From positions 141,298,001-141,362,000 of the forward strand of contig NC_042998.1 of NCBI RefSeq assembly GCF_006345805.1: a stretch of DNA of 64,000 bases. The letters are read 5' to 3'. Numbering within the stretch: the stretch's first letter is position 1; the number at the start of each line of letters is the position of its first letter. The position numbers and the translations under genes were made by a program. Positions 53,241 to 64,000 of the stretch are shown here, piece after piece. The stretch is from Octopus sinensis (taxonomy: Eukaryota). Under the pieces are notes generated by a model. The model saw nothing but the letters and a program-made list of their open reading frames with translations. It was not told where the DNA came from and did no database searches.

Positions 53241-53598
53241 TAATCATTCACTTTTATTGCCTTTTCCGCACCGCATAATTAGTTCGTGGTAACATTATAG
53301 GGGTTCTTTCGAAGTTTATATATATAATACGGCGGACAAAGAGAAATGGACTACATCGACTGAAAGAGCTGGGAAGAAACAAACTGGCATCGAGTCTGTA
53401 TGTGTACCCGATGTGCAGTGTGTATAGCCCTGGGTGTATATATGTATACGTGCAGATTTGTATGCTTTGTTTTATGTATGTCTTCTCATACATATACTTG
53501 TATATCTAGACATGCTTTTGTATGTATGTATGTATGTATGTATGTATGTATATATGATGCATGCGCGTGCGCGTGTGTTTGTGTGTGTGAGTGTATGT

Positions 53599-53657
<59 letters not shown>

Positions 53658-53662
<5 letters not shown>

Positions 53663-53745
53663 ACAAAATTGTTACCAGTTGAAATATGCTTGGGCATATT
53701 CGAAGCCGTTCACTGTATTTCATGGAGAACTTTCCTCACTGGAGA
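53658..53745 (+). repeat. Homolog of 12710-12818
   Basis: aaatacaaa..ttgttacc(a/g)gttgaaatatgcttggg(g)catattcgaa..ttcactgtattt..catggagaac. Confidence 0.75.
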
Positions 53746-54004
53746 CATATATGTGCGAGCGTACGTGCATGTACGCGCGCGCGTGTGTGTAGGTGTTTTG
53801 TGTGTGGTGTGTGTTGTGTGTGTGTGTGTGTGTGTGTTCATTTTCTATACCACACTCGGTTCAGTAATTATCTTTTCTGTTCCTATCTTCTGTTGTAAAA
53901 AAAAATCATTCGGTTTAATCATATGAAACATATTACATTAAAATAAATTAATCACATTTTCCAGTTGGTGTCTTTTCTTATCGATTATTCTTTTATTTTA
54001 TTCT

Positions 54005-54375
54005 TTTATTCTTTTATCTTGTTTCAGTCATTAGACTGCAGCCAAGCTGGGGCACCACCTTGAAGAACTTTTAGTCGAATAAATCGATCCCAATACTTTT
54101 TCTATCGGTTTCTTCCGCCGAACCGCTAAGTTACGGGGACGTAACAAACCAACACCGGTTGTCAAGTGGTGCTCGGGGACAAACATCGACACAAAGACAC
54201 ACACACACACATACACACACAGATATATAGAACAGACTTCTTTCAGTTTCCGTCTACCAGATCTGCTAACAAGGCTTTGGACAGCCCGAGGCTATAGTAG
54301 AAGACACGTGCCCATGGTTCCACGCCGTGTGACTGAACCCGGAACCATGTGGTTGGGGAGCTTGCTTCTTACCAT
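54005..54375 (-). mobile_element. SINE family A
   Basis: Reverse match to the consensus. Confidence 0.85.
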
Positions 54376-54447
54376 CGATTATTTAACGTTTATTTGTTTG
54401 TTTCTCACTTTCAATCGGTGCAGTTTGCTACCTCTTTCTCCATCATA

Positions 54448-54962
54448 TCTATATATATAAAACTGTAGTTGTGTGAGTGTCTGTCCCCTTCGATTTAGAT
54501 TCCTAACTCCTCCCACATTTTGCGGTGCAGTTTAACCAAATTCGGGTATCTTATAGTCGTGATTAATATCGAGCCCGTCTGGCTATTAGCGCGCGTCTAC
54601 GATAAGTCTACGATTTTAAAAATAATTTAACATCATTTTTTATTCCATTTTAATGCATAATTTTTCGTGTGTCGATGGCGGCGGTGTTGGCGTCCACGCT
54701 CAAACACCTGCACCTGTTTGCTTCTCCCCCTTCTTCCCTCCCTCGTGAAGCTGTGGGGAAGGGAGTGTAAGCAAATCAACGTCGTAATGCGTTGTCAAGG
54801 AGACCAGCGTTCTTTTAGAACAACGACTTCATGGCTTGAAGACACCAAAACAGAAATGGCTAAGAAAGCCCGAATTGGCATCTATAAGGGAAGTAACTCT
54901 CTAAAAATGCTTATATAGTTATTTCCCTTACAAACCCGAGCAACGCCGGGCGATACTGCTAG
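54448..54962 (+). mobile_element. Canonical non-autonomous Helitron
   Basis: A|TCTATATATATAAAA...CCCGAGCAACGCCGGG-cgatactg-CTAG|T, no TSD. Confidence 0.9.
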
Positions 54963-56052
54963 TTATATCTAGAAAATTCGTAAGCCATTTTCTTTTAAAC
55001 ACTCTACTTTAATTATGTTAACGCTAGCTTTATTCTTTGTCCTGTGCGATTCTGTGCGATTTCTCTCAAAGATATATTTGCTGAGGATTTAGGAGAACGA
55101 TAAGAAGAGAGGGTGTAACTGAACGGAAATAGTGTTGATAGGAGGTTAGTGAAACAGAAAGGAAACGAAATTTATAGTTTTTTGTAGGAGAGGAATTGTA
55201 GTGCATAGATTGACGTAAGGGATAGGAATAAGATTTAATAGGTACATACGCAATTCACATCGAGTGCCCAAAAGTGCGAGGTGGGAGGTAGAGGCAGATA
55301 GATATGAGGAAAAGAGAACTAAAGTAGAAGAGCATTTGTTTAAGCTTATTGGGAAAAATGTGTTACGCATAAAGATATGTTACTTTCTCTTTCTCTTTGT
55401 GTTTATGCGTATGTGGGAGTATGTGGTGTGCAGGGCCGGCTCTAGGGTTAGTGGTGACACGGGTAAGCTGAAATTCTGTGCCCTTCCAAACAACAACGCA
55501 GATCTGGAGTAACGAAGGCATGTCATTAATGAGATTGCGAATAACAACGAAAGGACTCTAGCAAGCAAATCATACCAAACCAAACCAAACCAAATCAAAC
55601 CAACTGATTGATTTATTTGAACAATTGATTGATTAACTAATTGACTAATAATTCTTTCACATTTCGGTACAAGGCCAGCAATGTTAGGAAGAGTGAGCAA
55701 ATTGATAACATTGACCCCCAGTGGCTGGTTAGGCTTTATAGATGATCCGAACATTCAGGTCAAGCTTGCAGTTTCAAGAATAATTTCCTTCATCCTTCTC
55801 ACCAGTCTTGGTGGCCCTACTGACAAAATAATTTATAAAAAAGAAAAAAAAAACTTGTTTCTTATGAATCTCTACACAACTGTTCTTATTCGTCAGCAAC
55901 TACGTTAACCTGAACAGGAAAAACAAAAACAAACAAAATTGAAAGACACACCTTTAAACTTCCAATAATTTCTTCTAGTAACATAAAGCTGTTAATTCAT
56001 AGAAGATGGCTATATTCGATCAGATCGATATATATATATATATATATATATG

Positions 56053-56132
<80 letters not shown>

Positions 56133-56164
56133 GAGAAAGAAAGAGAAAGAGGGATTAATATAAA

Positions 56165-56302
56165 AAAGTCAGGAGGTATGAGATGAATATATTTATTTCA
56201 CCAGTTGATATCCATAGGGTGACGCCTTTTGGGCTGCGAAACGGCCGTTATCCTATGGATATCAGCTGGTGAAATAAATATATACATCTCACACCTGACT
56301 TT
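56165..56302. repeat. Inverted pLTR-like fold-back with a hammerhead 3' half at its centre
   Basis: ~58 bp arms; centre GAAA-CGGCCG-TT; the opposite arm reads CGTC. Confidence 0.7.
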
Positions 56303-57110
56303 CTTTCTATTCTATATACTCTTCATGAAATAACTTTCACTGACTGAATTTGCTGGATTTCAGCTGCATGGGACTCGACATTACACACCCACGTGTTGGT
56401 TTACTATGTGGTTTGTAATTGGATCCACTCAAGGAGCTATTTCGTGATTATCACTGGATTAGATAAATCCATATCCTTCATTAAATATATATGTGTATGT
56501 TTAAAGCAGTGTTTAGGTATAAGCAAACTTGAAGTTAATTAAAATATGCTTGTAACATATTTCTACTTCTCAAGGTAAATTCCCATAGAGAAAAAATTCT
56601 CTTACGGTAAAAGGTGTAAAAACGCCATATCTGCTCAATGTTGCCATCTGTCGGATCTCCAGATGCAACGTTTCTAGCTCTTTAATCTTTATCAATGGGA
56701 AATACCGAAGCGAGGTAACTCTGGGAAGAGTTAAATCGCATTATTAGACTGCCAGATCGAGGGAAATTCAGCAGTATAAGCAAGTTGCCTAACGTCACAT
56801 AACCACACCTGTGCCTTAGCCACGTCACTCTCTCCCTCTCTCTTTCTCTCTCTCCCTCTCTTTATTTCTCCGCCTCTCTCTCTAAACACACGCGTATACA
56901 CACATTAGTATCGAATAGTGAGAATGAGTGCTCAATACCGCATTTGGTGACTAACCATATTCTCAGTCAATATGGACTCATATTACCAAGTGGAACGTTT
57001 GAAAAATTGCAAACTGCAAGCATGAAACCATTGGTAGCATTGTTAAGTTATTAGTCCACAAATAAGAGTGTTTTTGCGTGTGCGTGTGTATGTGAATATA
57101 TGCATGTATG

Positions 57111-57160
<50 letters not shown>

Positions 57161-57174
57161 ATATATATATATCA

Positions 57175-57794
57175 TAGGGTAATAAAATAAATTATTATTA
57201 CCACTGGCCTAGCACAAAAGACGAGTTAGTCGTTAGACTATATATTTTTCGTATAGAAATATAATAAAAGGCTTCCAAATAAGGAAGTGTAGTGCTAGAA
57301 ACACAAAAAGGGATAAATTCATGAAAGGAATGAAAATTAAAAACATTTACCATCTCAGCTATATCCCAGACCGAACGGTTTCTACCTCTTTTTAAGCAAA
57401 CACACAGAATATATTTGCCAGGCCAGGTTCTTCAGTGGGAAGCCTTCGTAATCCTAGACGCACAGACTGTTAGAAGCACATGTAGATCTAACGGTTTGTA
57501 TACCTTAACATTTCAAACCTCTGCGCAGACGCAAACCATACCCGGCGAACAGAGAGGATGCCGGTAAGAGATTTACGAACAAATTTATCAAGCAATATTA
57601 AAACATAATAAAATATGTTGAAGAACTGAAGAACCTGGCCTGGCAAATATATTCTGTGTGTTTGCTAAAAAAGAGGTAGAAACCGTTCGGTCTGGGATAT
57701 AGCTGAGATGGTAAATGTTTTTAATTTTCATTCCTTTCATGAATTTATCCCTTTTTGTGTTTCTAGCACTACGCTTCCTTATTTGGAAGCCTTT

Positions 57795-57802
<8 letters not shown>
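57175..57802 (-). mobile_element. Non-coding Penelope-pLTR-like element with 178 bp near-perfect inverted repeats, inside (TA)n
   Basis: Arms 57259-57436 and 57625-57802 differ at about 2 positions. Confidence 0.85.
57364..57440 (-). ncRNA. Apparently intact type I hammerhead ribozyme
   Basis: TCCCA-CTGAAGA-ACCT..(GCAAATATA/TGTGTTTGC)..AGGT-A-GAAA-CCG-TT-CGG-TC-TGGGA: stems I, II and III, full core and GUC site. Confidence 0.8.
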
Positions 57803-57861
<59 letters not shown>

Positions 57862-58480
57862 CAAACACAAAACTAGACTAGTACACATGGTTATTTAGGT
57901 TTAGCTGTCCGTTAGAACCGTGGCTCACTGATTGGAGCCTCTAAATATTCAGCGTCGTTGATGGAAACGAGGGAGGTACGCAAGCTAGGAAACATCGTTC
58001 TCCTTCACTTCCGTTAACGAGAGAGGTATTCGCGTCTGACCCCCCATCTCTCTTATCTTATCCTCAACCTTAGGTTCGTAAGAGTTCGCCCTAGTTTCTA
58101 AAATACATTTTCATCACAGTTCAGGTTGAGTGGTACGTTGAACGTCTGCTTGTTAAGATTCGTAATAACGTAGACATATTTGGTTAGCGAAATATTATTA
58201 ATGAATTTAAAACAAAAACGAATACAAAAATAAAGAAAAAACGTTTCGATCGTTGGAGATTTTTTTATGACTTATGGATATAGCAAGAGAACTTTGGTTT
58301 AGCATGTTGTTAAGGCTGTATGAACAAAACCAGTCAGAAAAAATTATCCCTTAAGACAACATACGCATGTATTACTACATCAAATGCTTCTAACGAAAGC
58401 TGCAACCAAAAAATACATGAAAGGCGTTAATAATATAAGCGACAATAAATGTAACTATGCTCTCTTTCCTTCTTTCTCCT

Positions 58481-58517
<37 letters not shown>

Positions 58518-58584
58518 CATATATATATCATATATATACATACACATATATATATGCGTATATTTATGTGTAAATGTGTGTGAG

Positions 58585-58621
<37 letters not shown>

Positions 58622-58724
58622 AGATAGATTAATTATTATTTTTTAATCAGCGGAAGTTAAAAGTTACTAATATATATACTTACCTTTACAGTTCTATATA
58701 TTGTTTATTATCAAACGTACACAA

Positions 58725-58788
<64 letters not shown>

Positions 58789-58874
58789 ACACACACACAC
58801 ACATACACACACACAATTATATATGTAGTATGTATGTATGTATGTATGTATGAATGTATGTGTGTGTGAATTTA

Positions 58875-58920
<46 letters not shown>

Positions 58921-59593
58921 ATATATATGTGTGTGTGTGCATGTGTGAATACATGTAGATATACCTATGCATATATAGACATACGTTTAACGTGTGCAAA
59001 TGATTTGTCTTGTGTTGTTGTTGTGTAAGCGCATGTGTGCATGAAAGTATCTGCGTGTGTATGCACTCACGTAATGTGCATGGGTTTTCACTGATGTTGA
59101 CACGTTTTATTTCCAATAATATATTAGTGTTAGATAAAAGCCAACAAATCACTGCTGGGAATTGGAATGTAACATTCAATGAAGCGGGAAATGGGACAGG
59201 AAGCATGGCTGGCTCTTGCAAACCGGAGTCCATCAATATGTATGAAGTCAGGGATTTTGGATTTTTTTTTTTTTTTTTTCGTTTGTTGTTTGTTGTTGTA
59301 ACAGAAAGTCAAACACCATTACCACAACCAAACATTATAGAGTTATATATACAAGATGAAATAAAAATCAACCCATGTTACACATGCTGAAGTTTATATG
59401 TGCGCGCGCGCGTGTGTATATATATATATATATATAATATATAGATATATATATATATATATATGTATATGTAATGTATGCGGTGTATGTGTCTATATAT
59501 AATTGTGTGTGTGTATATATATATATATATACGCACACATATATATATATAACATTATATATAATATGTAATATATAATATATAATATATGTA

Positions 59594-59624
<31 letters not shown>

Positions 59625-60109
59625 CATAAATAATATATATAATATATGTATATAATATATATATATATATATAACAGGTGTTTTGCATTTCGCTTATATC
59701 TGGTAATGTTTTCTTGGTAAGGTAAACAAAACGTTTCCTATTTAATTGAAGTTTTTATTACAGATAAATGAAGAGTTTTCACATTTTAACATTCCTCTCT
59801 CCCCTTTCCTCCCTCTCCATCTCTCTCTTTCTTTCTCACATCTCTCTCCCTCCCCCCCCTCTCTCTTTGTCTCTTACAACCAAACAAAAACAAATGATCT
59901 ACCTTTCTAAAGCAATTCGTTGTCAAGTAATTCATGTTTCTATGAATGTTTATAGCAGGCTTTGTCTTTTTATTTTGTTTTTCATATTCCATTGCCACTA
60001 ATATGTGCTTCTGTAGTAGTATAATAATCTATCAAGTGATCTGTTAGGCATGATCTATATTAGATGAGGTCAGAATAATACTCAAACATGTTTCAAGTTG
60101 TCTCCCTTG

Positions 60110-60450
60110 AGATAATTATCATTCAAAGTCCGTTTTCTATGCTGGTAAATGTTGGGCGGTTCGACAGGAACTGGCGAGCTTGGGGACTACATCAGGTTTC
60201 GATGCCTGCTATACCATTGTTTCTAGAGCTTTTCCTAATACCAACCACTTTTCTGGGTGTATTGGGTGCTTCTTACGTGGCACCAGCTCTAGTAAGGACA
60301 ACAGGTAACTCACAAGACAAGAGCCCTCAAGTAAGGTGTAGAGTAGTGTTGAGGGAGGTGGTTTTATGCCAGATGATGAGAGGTTAGAGTATGATAAAGG
60401 GACAGAAACAGGTGTCTTGCTGTAGAGGAGATACATGGCTACTCTGACTG
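60110..60450 (-). mobile_element. Old RTE-tailed SINE-like remnant
   Basis: Reverse reads agcatagaaaacggactttgaatgat, resembling RTE-type 3' ends. Confidence 0.4.
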
Positions 60451-61366
60451 GAAAACGAAGATGTTGGTGAAGATGTGTGAGGCCATACCGTTAAGTTACC
60501 CAAAAGTGCATAAAAAAGAAGTGGTATGGGTGAGTACGTTTGTAGGAGTACGAGAGATGAGTGCAGATAGAGAGAGAGGTAGGGAGGTAGAGTGAGTGAC
60601 GAAGGTCAAATGTGAATGTCAGCGAGAGAAGGTGGAGAAAGTAGATGTGGATCAAAGGAAGTAATAGGTGGCAGCAGAAATGATGTGAAGAAGTTTGTGG
60701 CGCGAGGTGCAAGAGTTTGTGGCGTGAGGTGCACAGTGCTGAGGACGAAATGTGATGGACGTAAGGATGGAAATGCTGGGAGGCTGACAGGGGTATCGTT
60801 AGGAAGGACTGCTGTTAGCAATATATGTAATGGGAAAGGGTTGGTGGAAAAGGAGAATAATGCGACTAATACTGATTTTCTGTTTTTCCTTTCAAATTAA
60901 CTTTTTAATTCTCCTACATAAAATATTAAAATTTACTTAACTTTTTTTTCTTTTTATTTTAATGCATATTTAATACATTTAAAAAATTTTTTAATTTTAA
61001 TGCATATGGCATCTTTGAATTGTTAAATCGCTTCAACAATTCTGTGGAAGTACATAGCCAAGCGGATAAGGAATGTCGCTCATGATCATAACGAGATATG
61101 TTCAATTCCTGGACCATGTGATACATCGTGTTCTTGAACTCGGCACTTAATTTCATGTTACTTTAGTCTTGTCAACTGCAACGAATACCAACCAGGTGCA
61201 AGCCTCTCTCTTCCTCTGCCTGTCATCTTCGATGTTCCACCGAGTCAAGAGTGACGAACCTCAGATTATGTCTATGTCTGCTGGCGACTACACGGTCACC
61301 TGAAAGTATTAGTAAAAGTATGGTATATGTTACTGTCTCATGCATGATGGCTGATAGTAGTGTACT

Positions 61367-61860
61367 AGGCGCAGGCGTGGCTGTATGGTAAGAAACTTGC
61401 TTCCCAACCACATGGCTCCGGGTTCAGTCCCACTGCGTGGCATCTTCGGCAGGTATCTTCTACTATAGCCCCCGGCCGTCCAAAGCCTTATGAGTGGATT
61501 TGGTAGATGGAAACTGAAAGACGTCAGCTGTGTAAATGTGTGTGTGTGCGTGTATGTGTGCGTGTGCATGTGTGTGCTCGCGTGCGTGCATGTGCGTGTG
61601 TGTGTGCGCCTTTGTGTACGTGTTTATCTCTGTCTTTGTGTACATGTTTGTGTACGTGTTTGTCCCCCACCACCGCTTGACAACCGGTTTTGGTGTTTAT
61701 GTCCCCGTAACTTAGCGGCTCGGCAAAAGAAACTGATAGAATAAGTACAAGGCTTTACTAAAAAATTGTAAGTACTGAGGTCGATTCGTTCGACTAAAAT
61801 TCTTCGAGGCGGTGCCCCAGCATGGCCGCAGCCTATTAACTAAAACAAGTAAATGATAAA
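61367..61860 (+). mobile_element. SINE family A, full length
   Basis: A and B boxes and conserved body. Confidence 0.9.
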
Positions 61861-62651
61861 ATTATCCTAAAAAATTATATTTATTACAACATGGTTGTGT
61901 GGTTAATTTTGGATTTATGGAGGGTCAAAGTTGGGAACAAAAACAGGACAGTGGAGATATATAAGAAAGCCGAACGAAAACAAACATGGGGGGGGGGTCT
62001 TTAGACCAGAACGAGAGGAAAATAGTGAACGCTGGGAGAAATTTTTTTTTTGATAAGAGAAAAGATAGAAGAGAGAGAGAGAGAAAATACGTCTAGTCTT
62101 TTAAACGTCCGTGCAGGGAAAAGAAAGATGGTCATGTGAAGAAAAGAAAGATGGACAATGGTCACGTGTGAGCAATGAGAGAAAGTAAAAGAGAAAAAGA
62201 GGAGAGAGGCGGGTGAAGGGGAGAAAAGGGAATTAGAGAAGGATGGTGGAAGAAAACAGTATAGAGTGGAGTCGCATCAAAAAGGTTAATAAACTTACTT
62301 GGAAATGGATGTGTAGTGTTCAATTAAATAATAATATAAATGATATTATATATGAGTGTGCCTGTGTGTATATATATATATGCATATATAGGTACAGGAC
62401 GTCTCACACACACACACACACTTGTTCGGTTGTTGTGACCTACAGCCACATTGTATTATTTGTTCCTTTCTTATGGGCAGAATCGATACAGCTGATATAT
62501 AGTAAACTGGATTATTGGCGTAATGGAGGTTATTGTTCGTTTAAAAGTGAAGGCGAGTGGGGGGGTAGGGGGTACTATTTGCATTGGCTTGCATGAAACT
62601 GCTTTCTGTTCTTCAGAAGGATCACAAACTATGTATTGTTTCATCGTATAA

Positions 62652-63251
62652 TAGGGGGGTTAATGCGATTTTGCCCAGAAATCACGTTTTCAAAATTTTA
62701 ATATATCCCCAACCCCGCTGCAATTTCTTAATTTGTAACTTTTTCCGAATTTTTTTTATCGACGTAGAATAGAGAGATTACGAATTTGGAAATTTTTTTC
62801 TTAGTTTGATTTTTCCTCCCATCACCTACCCGCTTTCAAAAAGCTAAAGCTTCCTAATATCTCACTTTCGTTTGATGTTTCACGCATATGTAATAGTTGA
62901 CGTAAAAAATACCAGACCACCACCAGAAAACTTGATTTGCAAGAAACAACAGGTAAACGACATAATTTTTGAAGAAACTTCCTCGCTTTCCAAAATGCTA
63001 AAAGTAAAACACTGGAAGTTTGTGGCTTTTTCAAAGTAGTGAAGTGATGGTTGGATGTTTGGGAAAGAGATTTTAGTGTTTCTTTAAGAAAAAAAGGAAG
63101 AAAAAAATTCTTAAAGATTCATAATCACTGTCTTTTTCTACGTAGATTACCAAACAAATTTGGAAAAAAGTAAACAATGAAGCAATTGGAGTGGGGAGGG
63201 AGAAAATGAAATGTTGAGAACGTGTTTTGGGGGCTAAATCCTAACCTCCTG
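62652..63251. mobile_element. Ancient fold-back DNA element with long degenerate TIRs
   Basis: Left tagggggtta..gattttgccc..cacgttttcaa..atcgacgtagaa aligns to the reverse complement of ttctacgtagat..ttgagaacgtg..gggctaaatcctaacctcctg. Confidence 0.55.
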
Positions 63252-64000
63252 TGTCGAAAACATAGGAATCAGAAGAATTTTAGGAAAAAAATAAGGTGGG
63301 TGTGCAAATGTCACTTCGGACATGCTAGAAACAATAGGTAAAGGACAGGATTTCTGGAAAAACTTCCTTTTAATGCAGCTCTATCAAATCACCCTTACTC
63401 ATATATCTCACATTTATTCACTCCTTACCTTCTCATCTCTTCCTATCTCTTCCCCACTCCTCTCCCACCCTTCCCTCACATTATCTTGACCACCAACTAA
63501 CACTCCTTTTCTCTCTTCTTTCACCCTTTCTTCACTTTTTCACTCTTCATTTTTCTCTTTTTTCTCTCTCTTCCTTCCTCTCATTTTTCTTCCTGTTTTC
63601 ATTTTAACCCATCTCCTCATTCTAATCATACGCATCTCTCTACTCCCATCTACCCACAAATACTACCAATACATTCTCAAATTTTTATTCACACCACAAG
63701 GCACTTTCAAATGAGCAACTCAGAATCCACGGCTCCATATTTTAAAATGACTGAACATGAACTACTACTGGAACTTACATCCATCTACAGGAAACTTATT
63801 TACCACTTCTATACACCATTTTCCTCGAATAATGGAACTGCAACTACAATATCTATATTTATTTTATATTGTATTTCTACCTTCATTCTCTTATTTCTCT
63901 CTATATTCCCTATTACCTCCCTTTCCATAATTCCTTATTTCGAATTCAAATATTTACCTCTATTTAACCATCTCACATCGTCTTTGATGAAGGGATATCC

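Noticed and set aside
55431-55485. CAGGGCCGGC hAT-like terminus
   Set aside because: No matching second TIR or TSD found
58238-58272. Minus-strand ATC-tccaac-GAT-CGAAACGTT hammerhead-like 3' half
   Set aside because: The CUGANGA core is absent, so it is too degenerate to call
58817-59390. ORFs 59010-59390 (+) and 58817-59236 (-)
   Set aside because: No recognisable domain, partly microsatellite-derived, and no convincing splice sites
63981-64000. TTGATGA-AGGG-ATAT-CC, a possible hammerhead start
   Set aside because: Cut by the window end, so GAAA and stems I and III cannot be verified; counted only as tentative

Overview
AT-rich, microsatellite-saturated eukaryotic DNA, most likely from an octopus (coleoid cephalopod), inferred from its tRNA-derived SINE families and repeat landscape. 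I found no intact host protein-coding gene, RNA gene or CRISPR array, and nearly all listed ORFs are microsatellite or antisense artefacts. The window is an intronic or intergenic accumulation of decayed transposons. It holds six 5'-truncated R4/Dong-type LINEs stacked in (TAA)n arrays, two decayed RTE LINEs (one ending in C2H2 zinc fingers), two Penelope-like remnants, hATm and Tc1/mariner transposase pseudogenes, four non-autonomous Helitrons, several MITEs and dozens of SINEs. There is also a 100-N scaffold gap. The most interesting signal is a set of type I hammerhead-ribozyme motifs in several short, non-coding, Penelope-pLTR/retrozyme-like repeat families, mostly between 45 and 64 kb. 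One looks fully intact (57364-57440, minus strand), and one two-copy family has a non-canonical CUGU-N-GA core. The window also records several locally templated rearrangements. All structure and family calls were made by eye, without database searches.
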